Assembly: GCF_036321535.1 (NCBI RefSeq) | Contig: NC_087436.1 | Coordinates: forward strand, 5,518,001 to 5,582,000 | Length of the DNA stretch: 64,000 nucleotides | Origin: Camelus dromedarius | Lineage: Eukaryota | Direction: 5' to 3' | Part shown: in pieces, positions 1 to 14,039 of the stretch | Layout: each line of letters opens with the position of its first letter | Numbering within the stretch: position 1 is the first letter of the stretch | Program-made: the position numbers and the translations under genes | Notes under the pieces: model-generated | Seen by the model: the letters and a program-made list of their open reading frames with translations, nothing else | What the model was told of the DNA's origin: nothing | Databases searched by the model: none

Positions 1-1255
1 TTGCTTTAATTCCTGTTAGCTATCTTGACTAGTATTATAAAATATTGGTATAATGTCTTTAGAAGTTGATTGCTAAGAAGCAAAATGTAGTCATTTGGGG
101 TCTAGATAAAGAATACCAATGAGACTTTAATATTATATTTCTATACATAAATCTAGCATTCTATTAAGGGAAGAAAACCTAATATTAAGCTAAAACAGAG
201 CATCCTGCTTTTAGAAGCCATGCTGGCAGAGTTGCTTGGGTGCACACCTAGATACCACTGAAAGACTCTTGTCAAGTATACGGCAATGTCTCCTCTGTTA
301 TTTTGTTTCTTTGTGACCCATCCCTGTGTCTGGAGGGGATTTGTGGTAGACGATAATGACAAATTACAGTGTAGTAATTAACTAGCAGGCATACCTGAGC
401 CGTAGCCTTGAGAGTCATACCAGGAGGTGAGAGGTGCACTGAGCCCACTGGCTGCAGGACGTAGCTTTCAGCTCTCGGGCTGCCAGACAGAAGAAGCATG
501 ATGACAGGCATGAAGGGGTCCTCCCCAGCAACAGGAAGCACAGACGGGCGTCAGGAGAGCACTGTCATCAGTAATATATAGATAAACAAATAAAATGGCA
601 TAAAGAGGGAAAAAAATCCTCTTTAGTATCTGCCTGCAGTGGTCCCTGACCAAAGTTAAGAGACCATGGCTTTAATAACAAGCTTATAAAAGATACCTTG
701 GCCACCTCATGGTTGTTTTTTATACTGACTTTAATTACAAGTTAAGGACGTAGGATTTTGTCATAATAACTGTGAATGCATATGGTAAACACTGTGATTT
801 TAAGTTTTAGTCTTTGATGACTTACCTTGATAAGATACAGTAGTTATAGGAGGTAATAAAATTGCCTTTAATGTATATCGTTTTAGAATACCAGTCATTT
901 TGGCTGGTGCGTACAAGGAGGCTTTTTAGCAAATAATAATTTGAAACTGAATACGGTTGAATGCAATGCCAAGTGGACATCAACTGCGTGCTTTAGCTAA
1001 GCTAGCATAATTGGAATTTTATTAGAAAATGGTCCTACTGCGTATTTCTTCTTAAGTGGAAGGCAATGCATGTTTTTGTGGAATGAAAAACACTTTGGTC
1101 GGGAAGCAGCGTTGTGGCTGCTGGAAGGCTGACCCTGTGAGGTAGACAGGCCTTTGCCGGGACACATTTTGAGCTGATTTCTGTAGTTGCCGCAGTCACA
1201 GTCAGAGGTGACGTGACCACTTAAGTCCCATTATAAAATTTTTAAAATAATTATT

Positions 1256-1370
1256 GGGGGAGGGGTAGGTAATTAGGTTTATTTATTTATTTTTTTAATG
1301 GAGGTACTGGGGATTGAAGTCAGGACCTTGTGCATGCTAAGTGTGTGCTCTACTCCTGAGCTATGAACCC
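1256..1370 (-). mobile_element. tRNA-Ala-derived SINE (Vic-1-like)
   Basis: Reverse complement gives a tRNA-like head (...AGCTCAGGAGTAGAGCACACACTTAGCATGCACAAGGTCCTG...) and a (TAAA)n-cctaattacc tail shared with the other copies. Confidence 0.85.
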
Positions 1371-2836
1371 TGGAAAATGTTACCTTCGTTCTCCTCTGCC
1401 GGTGGTACAGATGTGTTCAGTGCCAGCTTAGAGCATCCTTAATTGGTTTGACTTTGGCACTTCAAAACCACCTGCATGTGAGTTTTAATAATCACTTTAT
1501 ATTAGGTGTCGATGTTTTTATAAACATCAAGTTTAGCTGTAAGATGTGGGTGGATTAAGTCTTTTTTTCCCTGTCTGTAGTTCAGTAAATGTTTGTTAAT
1601 GATTCTGTGCTTCACCCTTCTCTGGTTACTGGATAGAATCTGAAAGAGTAAATTTCTCAGATTTTTTTGAGGGTCACTGCCTATTGCTAATGCTTCATTT
1701 TATATTTGATGCCTATATAAAGAGTATGCGTTTGTTTCCTATAAATAGATTAGGTCTTATTATTTAATAAAAGATAGTCTATCACCTCTTCATATTTAAT
1801 TGTTTGGATTTTGATTTGATATCTATGGTCTGATTCATTTTGATCATGTCAACAGGCTATGGATAAATAGTATTTTGTGAATTTGGAATGGTTGAAAATA
1901 AGGTTGCTGAAACCCAAGGTAATTTATGCCTTGAACACTCTGGTGCATATTCTGAGTTCAGTATATAAAATTAAAATCAAAACACCCGAACGTAAGACCA
2001 CAATGCGGAGTTGGACTACACATGCCAATGACCCAGTGTACCCCGGAACCCCATTTCAGTGGGAAAGCCAAGCTGTAGTGAGGTTAAACATGTTCCTAGG
2101 CTCACATATTCTTAAAATCTATATGTCTTCATAGAACTCAACTTTTACAAAGTTTTAAAATTAGGACTTTGGAGATTGGCCAAAAAAAAAAAAAAATCAG
2201 CGACTTAGTGGATTTCAAAACGTCTTCCTACTATGTTGAATCTAACGTAACAGGTACAAATTTTGCATGTAGTCTCATCTGATTTGCGTAATCTCAATCT
2301 TGTTTGGCAACCTCTCGATGATCACTGACATATCTGAGTGGTCAAGGGTAGTTTTATTTTTTCTTTCTTAAGTGTATGTATAATATATGTGTTATATATA
2401 TATAGTTTTATATACATAGAAATTATTTTGTATTCTGCTACTTAGTAAAAGACAAGTGAAATATTTTCTTTCAGCTTCTTAACTATTTTTAACTAAAATT
2501 CATTCCACATTTTGGAGAATAATGGTAATATTTAGTAGTTTGTGTGCTTTTTAGGGCAGCTGGTATAACTGGTATTTGTATTACAGAAGAACAATTATCA
2601 GTAAAATTATATTCTGACGTTTGAACTGGCAAGTGCTCGGGGAATGTCTGAGAGGGTAATTAGACAGACACAGGGGTCTTTTTAGCGTTAGTGACCGCGC
2701 TGTTGTAATCCTGGTTGATGTTGGAAGAGCAGCCCTATTTGTGCTGCTGATCAGTGAGCCGTTTTCATGGGTGCTGAGCACAGTCTTAAAAGTAGCAATC
2801 AACACACGCATGCGCACCTAATTTCTTTCCCCCCAG

Positions 2837-3066
2837 GATTACAGAGTTAACATCTTCCTGAGACAGAAATGGAATGACCCCAGGCTGAAGCTCCCTAGTG
2901 ATTTTCGGGGCTCAGACGCACTGACAGTGGATCCCACAATGTACAAGTGTCTGTGGAAACCCGATTTATTTTTTGCAAATGAAAAAAGTGCCAATTTTCA
3001 TGATGTAACCCAGGAAAACATCCTCCTCTTTATTTTTCGGGATGGAGATGTCCTTGTCAGCATGAG
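2837..3066 (+). CDS. GLRB: Glycine receptor beta subunit, internal coding exon (230 nt, extracellular domain; ~exon 5)
   Basis: ttctttccccccag| acceptor and AG|gtac donor. Translates [76 protein letters not shown], including the Cys-loop family WxPD motif. Upstream exons lie outside the window. Confidence 0.98.
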
Positions 3067-3139
3067 GTACTTTTATCTTTAATACGTGTAGATTTATCTT
3101 TGCCTTTGAAAATTAGCATGTCACAGAGGAATGCCTTAG

Positions 3140-3265
<126 letters not shown>

Positions 3266-4854
3266 TGAACGTAAATGACTGTAGGAATAAAAGTGCTTAA
3301 AGTTTCTAGGCCATACATGCTACTCATATCTTAGATAACAATGGTAAAATGAATGCTTCTGATTACAAATCGGCACTGATTTATTTCAGGGAATTACAGT
3401 TATTCTTTAGCTCTGTTATTTGTGCCGAGATAGACATGTCCTTCTGGTACTAGGTTTTTATTTCCGCTGAGTTGTTGCAGCTGTGGGTGTGCATGTCTGA
3501 CTGACTTCAGTAGCCATCTTCATCTGAGTTAGTCATATAGGCAAGGCAAAGGGGGCAATGATGTCCTAATAACTTTACTAATGTTAAAACCACGTTTTTC
3601 AGAGCAGCGGAAAATTTGGAAAACATTGCAAAATATTATCTAAATCCCACCAAGCATTCATTGTCTATGGATCTGTTAAAAAAATTATGTTTTACAGAAT
3701 TGGATTTTGGATTTTCTGTATTTCTATGATCATGTATTTTTCAATTTCTAAAAGATGTACTAGAGGTATTTATTGAAATGATTATCTCTAAAATATATTA
3801 GTTAATTTGCTATGAAGCTTATCACATTAAAAGGAGGCAATAAAGCTTGAAAAATTAACAACAGTTAATTAACAATTAATTAATGCAAAGAATCTTAAGC
3901 CTGAATACCTGCATACCATGACCTTTTTCTACAAAGAATGGCCCTGTAAATGTCCTGCATGTGCCTGCTAAATGATGCTTTCAAGTAACTTAGTGGTTAT
4001 TTGTTGTTGTTTTTTAATTTACTGAAGTTGGATCCTGAATTTGAACAATATTTATTGCTTTCTAACTGGAACATATGAGATTTTGCAGACTTAAGTGTTA
4101 TGTGTGTACATGTTTGTACACGTGTTATAGACACACGCCTGTGTGTCAATCTGTGTTTGTATAAATAATTCCAAATGTGTATCTACATTCAGTTCTATTA
4201 CTAGATACACTGAAGTATTGCTTCAAAAAATGCAGGCATGTTAGGGTTGAAGGGTAGGTTGCAATGTGCCGTGAATCCCATGGGATCCTTGAGGAGTAGC
4301 CGGGTCCCTCCGCCCCCGGTGTGGCCCCGGGAGGCTGCCGGGATGGAATCCTGTCCCTCGGAGGGGTTTGTTTTATGGCTTTCCTCCGGCAGTGCAACTC
4401 CTTTAGGGAAGTTGGTAGTTAATCCTTCAAAACACCAAGTGTTCTGGTGCTTAAGTTTCTTTAAAAATCTCTGCGTAGCATGTTGCATGATTGTAAATGT
4501 ATCCATTCAGAAAGCTAGGATCATTTATTTGTTACTTGTTTATTGATGACGATTCAGAAATCTGACATTGAAAAATGTGCTACCGTTTATGACACGCTCA
4601 GATTTTAACCGTGTGCACTAACCCAATTATTTTAGCTTGTCCTTTCTTTAAGCCGATTATGTGTAACTTTTGTGCTAATAGTTTCATTCGTGACCATAGA
4701 TTTTTTTACCTCTTGACTTTTTAAGAAAAGTTTCATATAAAAGGGCCGATTATTTTGCCATTTCAAGGTTTAACATTTGGATTATTGAAATATTAAAGAA
4801 GTGTTAATAATTGTATGTCAAACTAATATTTTATTTATGCATTTCTGTTTCTAG

Positions 4855-4995
4855 TTGGTTACACAACTGATGATTTACGATTTATCTGGCAGTCAGGGGA
4901 CCCTGTTCAGTTGGAGAAAATCGCCTTGCCTCAATTTGATATTAAAAAGGAGGATATTGAATATGGTAACTGTACAAAATACTATAAAGGCACTG
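4855..4995 (+). CDS. GLRB: GLRB coding exon (141 nt; ~exon 7)
   Basis: tttctgtttctag| acceptor and G|gtaagt donor. Translates (F)[46 protein letters not shown]. Confidence 0.98.
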
Positions 4996-7900
4996 GTAAG
5001 TAAGAGTCTTTGAACAAGACCAAGTCCTGTTTCAAAGTTAACATTTGCTAAGGACAAAAGAGACAACACTAGTTAAAAAATAAGTTCAGTTTTTATAAAT
5101 GCGCTATCTTTACTTTCATATATTTAAAGTTTTTATAAAACTACATTCACTAAAGTTAATTTTTTTATTCCTAGATAGTTTTGCTTTTCTTATGCAATTC
5201 TGGATAACAAGAGGTTTTCAGGTTTTTTTGTTTGTTTGTTTTGTTTTTTTTTGTAACATGAACTTTCCAGCAGTGGTCTTCTTAGATATTGTCAAGAAAT
5301 TCTACTCTGGCAAGATTCACATTAAGGCCAAACATTATGGATATAAACGATGTAAGCCATATATTTGCCTGCTGTTTTTTGGGCAGTTTTTTTGATATTT
5401 ATTGACACATATTTTTAATTTTTCAATGCATTCATCTTTATGTTGTGCAGGAAGCAATAAGCCTGTGAAATAATTGGACATCAGTAAATATTTCCTGTAT
5501 GATAATCTTGGCCTGGGTTAGGGAAGTTCCACAGAGTAACCTCCTTCATTAAATTACATCAAGCTTTGCAGAAATGAAAATACAATACTCACTAATCAGT
5601 ACTTTCATTATATGATTAGTGAGTCTCCCCTGGTAGCCATAGGTTCTTGAGGGCCTTAGATAATCACGTATAGTGCTGTCTCCCTTAGCAATATAAATCA
5701 AGAGGTGATGGACTGAATTTTGATCATTGCATTCACACTAATAATCAGCCTAACTTGTAAATCACCACTCAGTTTTAATTCTGTATCTGGAAGTAAATCA
5801 TGACCAAGATATTCAGGAATAGATATAACAGTTAAAGGTGAAATTTCTTGCAACATTTATGATGACTTTGCAAAGATAAAAATGTCTGGGATAACTGGAA
5901 AATTTAGAGGTCAGGTGTTTGAACTAAGACGCTGCCATCTTGACATCACTGAGGACAAAATGTGATTTAAAACATTCCTGTTAACATTAGAACCAAAGGT
6001 AGAGTGAACAGTTGCACATTTGCCTTGTAATGAACGTGGCACAGGCCAACTTGGCGATGAAGTTAGTCTTGGCGTCTGCTGTCACTAACTTTCAAATAAA
6101 TGAACAGATTATTTAACATTTATGTATAAGTCGTCCCTTTTCTTATAGGACTTGAACTATTTTAGGGCAAGAGAGAAATTATCAAGTATAAGTGCTGAAA
6201 GAACCACCATGGTTTTAAAAGGACAGACTGAGAGCTCTTAAGCCTTCGACCATCAAAGTGCTCAATGAAGAAGTCACCGCCACCTTGACCGTTAGATATG
6301 GAAGTGGTCTTCTTGATAATTCTTGCAACTCACCTAGTAATGAAAAAAACAAACTTGAAAGCCAAGAGTTTTTTGCGGGGGTTGCGATATAGAAATCTAT
6401 TTAATAGAGGGCTGTTTGAGTTCCTGCTCTCTCTCAGGCCTTGTTTTAAGTGCTTTGCAGGAACCCTACGGTTTAATCCTCACAAGCGTCCTCTGGAATC
6501 AGTACGTTTGCTCTCTCTGGATCACCCATCAGGCGGACACTTGCCCACGGCGTGCTGTTACATAAGCGCTGTGCTGGGACCGTGAGTCTGACGTGTCCTC
6601 CCTGCCTGTGTCCAGGCCTGTCACGCTTGGAAACGTCAGTTCCCACATCAGTCTATACACTTACCATTTCAAAACGAAGAGTCTCTAAATTGTTTTGAGA
6701 AATTTGAAATAGCCTTTACTGAAGTTTTAGACTTCATCTAGAGATGACAATAAAACTAGTCATTTTATTTCTCACTTTATATAACTTAAAATTACATAAT
6801 AGCATTGGAAATCTGGGGCATAGGGGGCGTAGGTGTTAATTTCTTCACCTTTAAGCCTTGTGCTTAAAAGTCTCCATCAGGAGACTCAGTAGTGAATAAA
6901 GGACAAATCTCTGCTCTTTTATAGATCCAAACATAGTAAGCAAATAAAGTAAACATAATATATATAATATAAATATTAATGTAATTTAGTTCAAAGAAGG
7001 AATTAAGAAAGTGTGCTGTGAAAAAAAAAGAAAGAAGAAAAAAAGGTGTGCTGTGGTAGAGAATATTTGGGAAATTGCCCAAGATTTATGATAAGTAAAT
7101 CTTTCATAGATTTTTTATGGTATTTTTTGAGTTATCATAAATAAGTCACTGATACCTCATTAGCTACAGAAAATAACAGCAACAAAAAACTCACGGCTAA
7201 CGTAATAGTAATTGACACTGTGTTTCAGTAAACACACTTTATCCGCATTTATATGAATCATGAAAGAGATACCAGCAAAACATTTTAATGTTTGGATAGT
7301 ACTTAGAAATGTATTTAGGAGAATAAAACATTCAAAATATATGGACTGCTCCACAATGTAGACTAGTGGAAAAGATATAGAGAGTGACATATAAAATGAT
7401 GGCCCGTATTTTCTTTAATTTGGACAAAATTATCAGAAATAATGCTTTGGCTTGAAGTTTATTAAGAATTATGTTTTTTATAATTACAATAACTACACAG
7501 GTGGAGAACTATATGGGTAAACAAGTATGGGAGAAATACTTAAATTGGAAGCCTGAGTGAATAGCGATCAAATCCACCCCCGCAGGAAATAGAAAGTAAA
7601 TTGAATTTGCCGATGAACATTCGTATCAATTAGCGGCCCACCTGCCTCTCATAAATGTAACAGTACCAGGAAGGGATCAAAAAGGATCAAGAAATGTTTG
7701 TCATAAAAGTTTACGGAGCAGATCGCGGTGATATCCAAGCATGTATTTTTACTGCCAAATGCATCCAAGTCTTGCAAGTTCCCCTGCGGATGCCTTGGGG
7801 AAGGGACTTAGAAATGTGGTTTGGATGAAGGACTCTTGGTACCCAAGCTGTCATTTAAGCCTGGGGGGATGGGGTGTCAAAATCTGCATTAAAGTGAGCA

Positions 7901-9703
7901 GCTTCATAGCAAACTGTTCTCATATTTATGACGACTTAGGCCCCCAAATGCACAGTAAGTCCTGTGAGCCCTTCCCTGTTCGGCGTGCGCTGAGTGAACG
8001 TAAAATTTACCTGCGCAAGTGATGCTCTTACAAAGCCAGGTACCTCACCGCTCGTAGGAACACCTTCAGCCTCCTTCATGACAGTAATGGGCTTATGAAA
8101 GATTCGATTTTGGACATTTTGCCCATGGTTGTTAGTTAGAAGCATATGTTCTTGTTTTTCCAGACAGGAAGTTAAGCTGAGAGGAGGGGCGCTGAAAAGG
8201 GACCGGGAGCGTTTCATCATTTTGCCTTTTATAGCTTTTTAAAAGCTGAGCATGATTGGAGGGAACTGCCTAGTAATGAAATCAAAATTTAAAAAAGACA
8301 AATGCTCTGCCTTGCTTGTGTTTTGATACAAAATGGAAACATTTGACATAATTAGAATTTACTTCAGTTCAATTGAACTCTATTTTTGTTACATTTTAGG
8401 CGTAATATCTTTCTAATCTCTGATAGGTATTGATGATTATAATTCGTTGGAAAAAGGATAGATATCTAAGTGATCTGATAAAGAGACAGAAATAGCTGCT
8501 TTTTCAACATTTATTAAGACCTCATTGTGTGCAAGTACTGCTTTAGATATTATTAATGCATAAATAATGAAGATTATTCTAGCATCAGAAGTAAACAGAA
8601 GTAAAGAATTCTTCCCAATTAGGAAAAATAGATAAATACTACTTTTTAAACTAAAGTATAGTAAAAAGTAATATTGTCCTTTCCCCCCATGATTATTTTG
8701 TTTACGCACTGTTCCTTCATTTATTAGTTTCATTATTTTAAAATAGTTATGTATGGTTTACGCTGAACACAACTGGAGATATTTTAACTTTCTGGTATGC
8801 ATGCATAACCTTCCTCTTGTTGAATGGTAAATGGCATTCTTATCAAAATCAAACATTTAAAAAATCGGCTCAAACACCTCGAAACATCTCTTCTATTCCA
8901 GGGTTGGGAGAATATTTGTGTCCTTTATTTTCTTTCTGCAGCCAACAAAGGCTCTGATGAGGCTGCGTGTAATTTGTGATTAATCTGGGGGACTAGCTGA
9001 TGTCAGGCAGCTCTAGAATTATGCTGTAAACCAGGGTCTGCCGTAAGTCTCTGTTTTTGGAGGTGAAGCCCTTTCCCTGAATGAGAGGACATTCGGGGTC
9101 CTGGAGTGGGGGCTTGTCAGATGATTTGCCCTTGGTAAACTTTTATCTGAAGAGACAGGGAACACTCACTTCTTATTTCTGTTCGTGTTTACCTCGTTTA
9201 AATACTGTTAATTTTTCAGGCGTAAAGATGCAGATGAGTTACTGTAGGTGGCCAGCCATTCCAGATAAGAAGTGGTCCACGTGGCTGGAAATTGTACTGA
9301 CAACCACTAGTCCAGGCGTGTTTCCTTTAAGACATGCTCTGCTTGACTTTACTGCTCCCAGGCCATTGGGACCTGGGACACTGCTCCTGTAGGTCATTTG
9401 CTCTGAGAGTCGCTGTGGGTATGAAGTTTAAGTCCACTGCAGATTCTCTGCACTAAGACCTAAGACCCATGACAGGACATCTCAGAGCAGCAGGTGACGG
9501 CCGTTTCTCAGTGTCGTGATGAAGTTGCCAAAGGTCAGGTGATGGCCCTCATGCCATCCATTTAGACCCGATGGTTATACACACTTACAGAAAACCTGCT
9601 TCTGGAGGCATTGACTCTGTGAAGGTGTCCGGAGCAGAAGGGCTTGTCAGTTCCTGGCAGGTGGTGAGAGCCTCACTCTGTCCCGCGTCTGTCTGTCCGG
9701 TAG

Positions 9704-9856
9704 GGTACTACACGTGCGTGGAGGTCATCTTCACCCTGCGGAGGCAGGTGGGCTTCTACATGATGGGCGTCTATGCCCCGACCCTGCTGATCGTGGTCCT
9801 GTCCTGGCTGTCCTTCTGGATCAACCCCGATGCCAGCGCCGCCAGGGTGCCCCTGG
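9704..9856 (+). CDS. GLRB: GLRB coding exon (153 nt) with TM1 and TM1-TM2 linker (~exon 8)
   Basis: ccggtag| acceptor and G|gtaagg donor. Translates (G)[50 protein letters not shown]. Phase 1 at both ends. Confidence 0.98.
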
Positions 9857-9948
9857 GTAAGGTGGTCCAGCCGCTCTCTCTGAAGTGACCGCGCAGCTTT
9901 GACACAGACTCAGTCATTTCCAGACAGTGAGTTTGGAATTGATGGCAA

Positions 9949-10225
<277 letters not shown>

Positions 10226-11519
10226 GCAGACTTCCTTCAGCACTTGCCATTGAACTAGACCCTCTCCATGTTTGTGTATTCCGTAATGAAACTTAAGTTT
10301 TTTTCTTTCTTTGTCCTTGGGGGATTTTGAGCAGCTCTTGCATCCTACTTTGATTCTCAGGAAATAATTAGTAATAAGTGATTTTTGCAGATAACTGAAG
10401 TCTGAAATCCCCATTAGTGCCGTGCTTAAGGACAAATGGCTGTTCGGATAGAAATCTTTCTCAGTAGTATTATATACGCTCTCATACTCGTCACCAGGGA
10501 ATATGTAGCACAATTTATCTTTTGAAAAATGACTTAGCACCATTTTCCTAAACATCAGTTATTGTGTGCTCTACCGTGAGGAGAGGCTGGAGGGAGTAGG
10601 GGCTGGTTATCTGTGCTCTCCAGTTTGTTATTTTTAAGATTCTGTGACATAAAAACACCATTAGCCAGACTTAACAATTGTGTGCGGATAGAGGTTAAAT
10701 AGTCTTTGGTTAGGGAAAGAATCAGGAGCCTTTCTTATGGGTAAAGTGAGTAAACTTCAAAATAAGGACATTGTAACAACAAACTTTGATTGCTTGGAGT
10801 GTCTGAAAACTTGTCATTCATTTGTGTGTGTGTGTGTCTGTTCTGTGAATATCACCTGGAACTTACATGGGTCAGACTGTGAAATGTCTGACCTCTTGGT
10901 GTCTGGTTAGTTGCAGAATTTTATTTTTTATTTATTTTTCTATTATCAAAAAGGCCTTGTGCAAATCTCCCTCCTGATTTACTGGAGGAATTAAATGAAA
11001 TACAGATTTTAAAGAGCAGAAAGCAAGGAAAAATCCAGTGACAGTGACAGTTTTATCTGAATAAGAATGTTGGCGGTTTATTAATAAAAACCCACAAAGA
11101 TCGAATCTATATCTTAATAAGCAAAAAATGGGGGTAATTTCATCCTAAGGGTTAGGTATCTGTGATGAAGATAATTACAGTTGATAAATTAATCCCTCAG
11201 GGAATGAGAATTAACTATGTAGTAATTATACTGAGAATGAAACACTCTCAAAAGTAGATTTAAGTTCTCACTTACGCTTGTCAAAAATATCATGCATTTC
11301 CCTCAAATTGTTAAATTGTGTTTATTAGGAATATCTTACTCCCTGTTAGTGACATAAATTAAAGTTAGAGGCCTCTCAGGGTGCTTTGGAGACATCCCAG
11401 CCCCTGGCATCTTCTTGAAGGACAGTGTCTGTAAATCCTCTTCTGTTGCAGGACTTGGGATGTGAAGTCCCTGAGCTGCCACTCAGCACCACGCAGACTT
11501 GCCAATGGAGAGGTGCTTG

Positions 11520-11720
11520 GTGGTCAAAAGTCAGTCTCTAGAGTCAACCCGGGTTTGAATTCCAGCTCTGTGCCTGCTGGCTGTGCCCACCTGGGCGACA
11601 GATCCCGTCCCTGTGAACATACTCTGAGGACATGCCGACAGGGGTGGGAAAGTCCCTGGGGGCTTTCTGGAGGACTGAAAAAATGGGTGCACAGCCCACG
11701 TGGCACACTCAGGAGCTAAT
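11520..11720 (+). mobile_element. MIR-like SINE remnant
   Basis: gggtttgaattccagctctgtgcc...ctgtgcccacctgggc...ccctgtgaa core and a tggcacactcaggagct tail. Confidence 0.5.
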
Positions 11721-11777
11721 ACTCTGCCTCACTTACAGATGACTTTACAGTGTGCACAGCATCTCTACCCATTTTGA

Positions 11778-13340
11778 TCCATTCAAGAAATATTTATTGT
11801 GCGCTGACTGCGCGCTAGTACCATGTGAAAAGATGGGGCTACCTTAAAGAGTAAACAGCTCATGAATAGCTAACAAAATAGATTTAAAAAAGACAAAAAC
11901 TCAGCCTCAACAAGTTTATCCTTTCTTGGGAAGAAACAGACACCAAAGAAGTGCAACATGTAATATATAAGATGGTGATACAGGGATGAAAGTTGAGGGC
12001 AGCAGCCTGCTGGCCAGGAGTCGCCAGGAGGAAGTGATCCTGGATGGAGACGTGGAGGAGGTGAAGAAATGCATCACTGTGGGTCTCGGGGAAAGGGGGG
12101 TCCTGGGCCACGACCATCAGGGCAGCATTCTCGAGGCAGAAGCTGCCTGGGGACTTTGGGGAGCACCAGGCAGTGCAGTGTGGCTGGAACAGAGTAAGAG
12201 AAAGGGAGATTCAGAGACAAGGACAGAAAAACAACAAGGTGAGGGGTGGGCCGAGCGGCATTCCCCGAGGAACTCTGGTGGCTTTGGCTTTTATTCCGAG
12301 TGACACGTGAAGCCCCCGAGGGCTTCTGAGCATTAACTGACTTTAATGTTTTTTGCCTTTGCATCGTATTTTTTAAATTGAAGTATTGTCGATTTGCAAT
12401 GTTGTGTCAATTTCTGGTGCACAGCATCATGTCTCAGTCCTACATAGACATACATACATTCCTTTTCATGTTCTTTTTCATTATAGGTGACTACAAGATA
12501 TTGAATAGCTGGTTTAAATTTTAACTGGTTATCTTTACTGCTTTGTTTAGAACAGACTGAAAGGGGCACAGGTGGAAGCTGGGGAAATGGTGAAGAGACC
12601 CGACATCAATGTGGTCCGGGCCGGGGGTGGTGGTGGATGTGCTCATCAATCTTAGATGATGGATACAGTAGAGATGAAGAGAGGTGAAGATGTGTTGTGT
12701 GTGGGATTTAAGAAGTAGAATCCAAGATGACTTCAAGGTGTTTCGGGCTGAGAGAGACTGGCAAGATGGAATTCCCAGTGCCCGAGGCGAGAAGAGCTGC
12801 GGGTCAGGTAGCTTTGAGGAGGTGGAAGGCCAGGAGCTCGGTTCCCGGACACACTGACTTTGCAGTGTCTGAGGATGTCGGATGGCAGTTGGATGTTCAA
12901 GTCTGGGGTGTCCCGGAGAAGTCGGATTGGAGGTCAGAACTCAGCTTTGTCAGGAATAGATGGTATTTAATGCAGTAATCCTGGAGTGGAGACAGAGGAG
13001 TCTCAGGGCTGAAGTTGGGGAACTGGGGAACAGAACGACCAGGGTGCTGTGGTCTCCTGGGATTCTACCAAGTGGAGGAAGTGTTTCCAGGTGAGGAGAG
13101 TGATCAGCCAACTACCTGTAGGCTGAAAATTCCCATTGGACCCCACAGCCTGGAGAGGCACTGGTGTCCAGGACAAGGACAGGTCCCCGGAGTAAGGAGC
13201 AGAGGAAAGCCTGGTGGGAGTGACTTCCAGAAAGAACAGGTGAGGAAGAGCTAGAGTCAGAATGCAACTCCTTGGAGATCATTAACTGTGAAGAGGAAAG
13301 GAGGATGGAGAAATAGCTGGGCGGGAATGGGAGCTGAGTC
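11778..13340 (-). mobile_element. Fragmented L2 LINE remnant, interrupted by an L1 3' fragment
   Basis: L2 3' end signature cattcaagaaatatttattg, and purine-rich body motifs (ggctttggcttttattccgagtga, ggcagttggatgttcaagtctgg). Confidence 0.6.
12368..12510 (-). mobile_element. L1 3'-end fragment
   Basis: ttttaaattgaagtattgtcgatttgcaatgttgtgtcaatttctggtgcacagcat, the same family as several other copies in the window. Confidence 0.8.
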
Positions 13341-13536
13341 TGACGGTTCCATTGTGTCACTTAGGGTCTCGGTTGCCTTATTGATTTTTCTGTCTGGAAG
13401 ACCCGTCCAGTGATGTCAGTGGGGTGTTAAGTTCTCCCACGATTATTGCATTCGCATCTTCCTTTTGCTTTGTAAGGCGGACACAATCATGACATGTTTA
13501 TTTTTGGTTCTCTATTTAGAACAGTGTGATCTGTTC

Positions 13537-13739
13537 CAGTGGTCAGCAAATGCTTTCTGTCACATACAGGGTAGTCAATATTTAGGTTTATGTTGAAATC
13601 CCTAAATCTGCTTTTGTAGCACTAAAGCAGCCTTGGACAAGACATACTGAATAGATGTGGCCGTGACCCAGCAAAACTTTATTTATAAAAATCAGTGCTA
13701 GGTCTGACTTGCCCTGTGCATCGAGTTGACTGACCCCTG
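13537..13739. mobile_element. hAT-Charlie MITE (MER58-like)
   Basis: Imperfect terminal inverted repeats CAGTGGTCAGCAAA ... TTGACTGACCCCTG, ~200 bp. Degenerate 8-bp flanks atctgttc / gtctgtag. Confidence 0.7.
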
Positions 13740-14039
13740 GTCTGTAGCATCAGGACAGAAGTCAGAGCATGCGGGAGAGAGTGGATAGATGTCGGGGTGG
13801 GGGCTTGTAATTGATTTTGCTTTCTTAATAAAACAGGAAGCAAGGTCATGAGTTGCAGGTGTGATAGGGTAGAGTGTTGTGGTTTGGAGAGAGAGGAAAA
13901 GTGGTGCATGGACCAGGAAATACACTCTGACTGCCCTGTAGGGTCATGGACTTCTTTAGGTCAGTGATCATAAATGTAGAATGAGATCGGTCAACACGTT
14001 GGCATGTTTACGTCTCGCCACGCTCATAAAGAGAAAACT

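Noticed and set aside
11482..11500. RE1-like half sites (TCAGCACC) here and near 24175
   Set aside because: The right half (GGACAG) is absent at canonical spacing, so these are likely chance matches.
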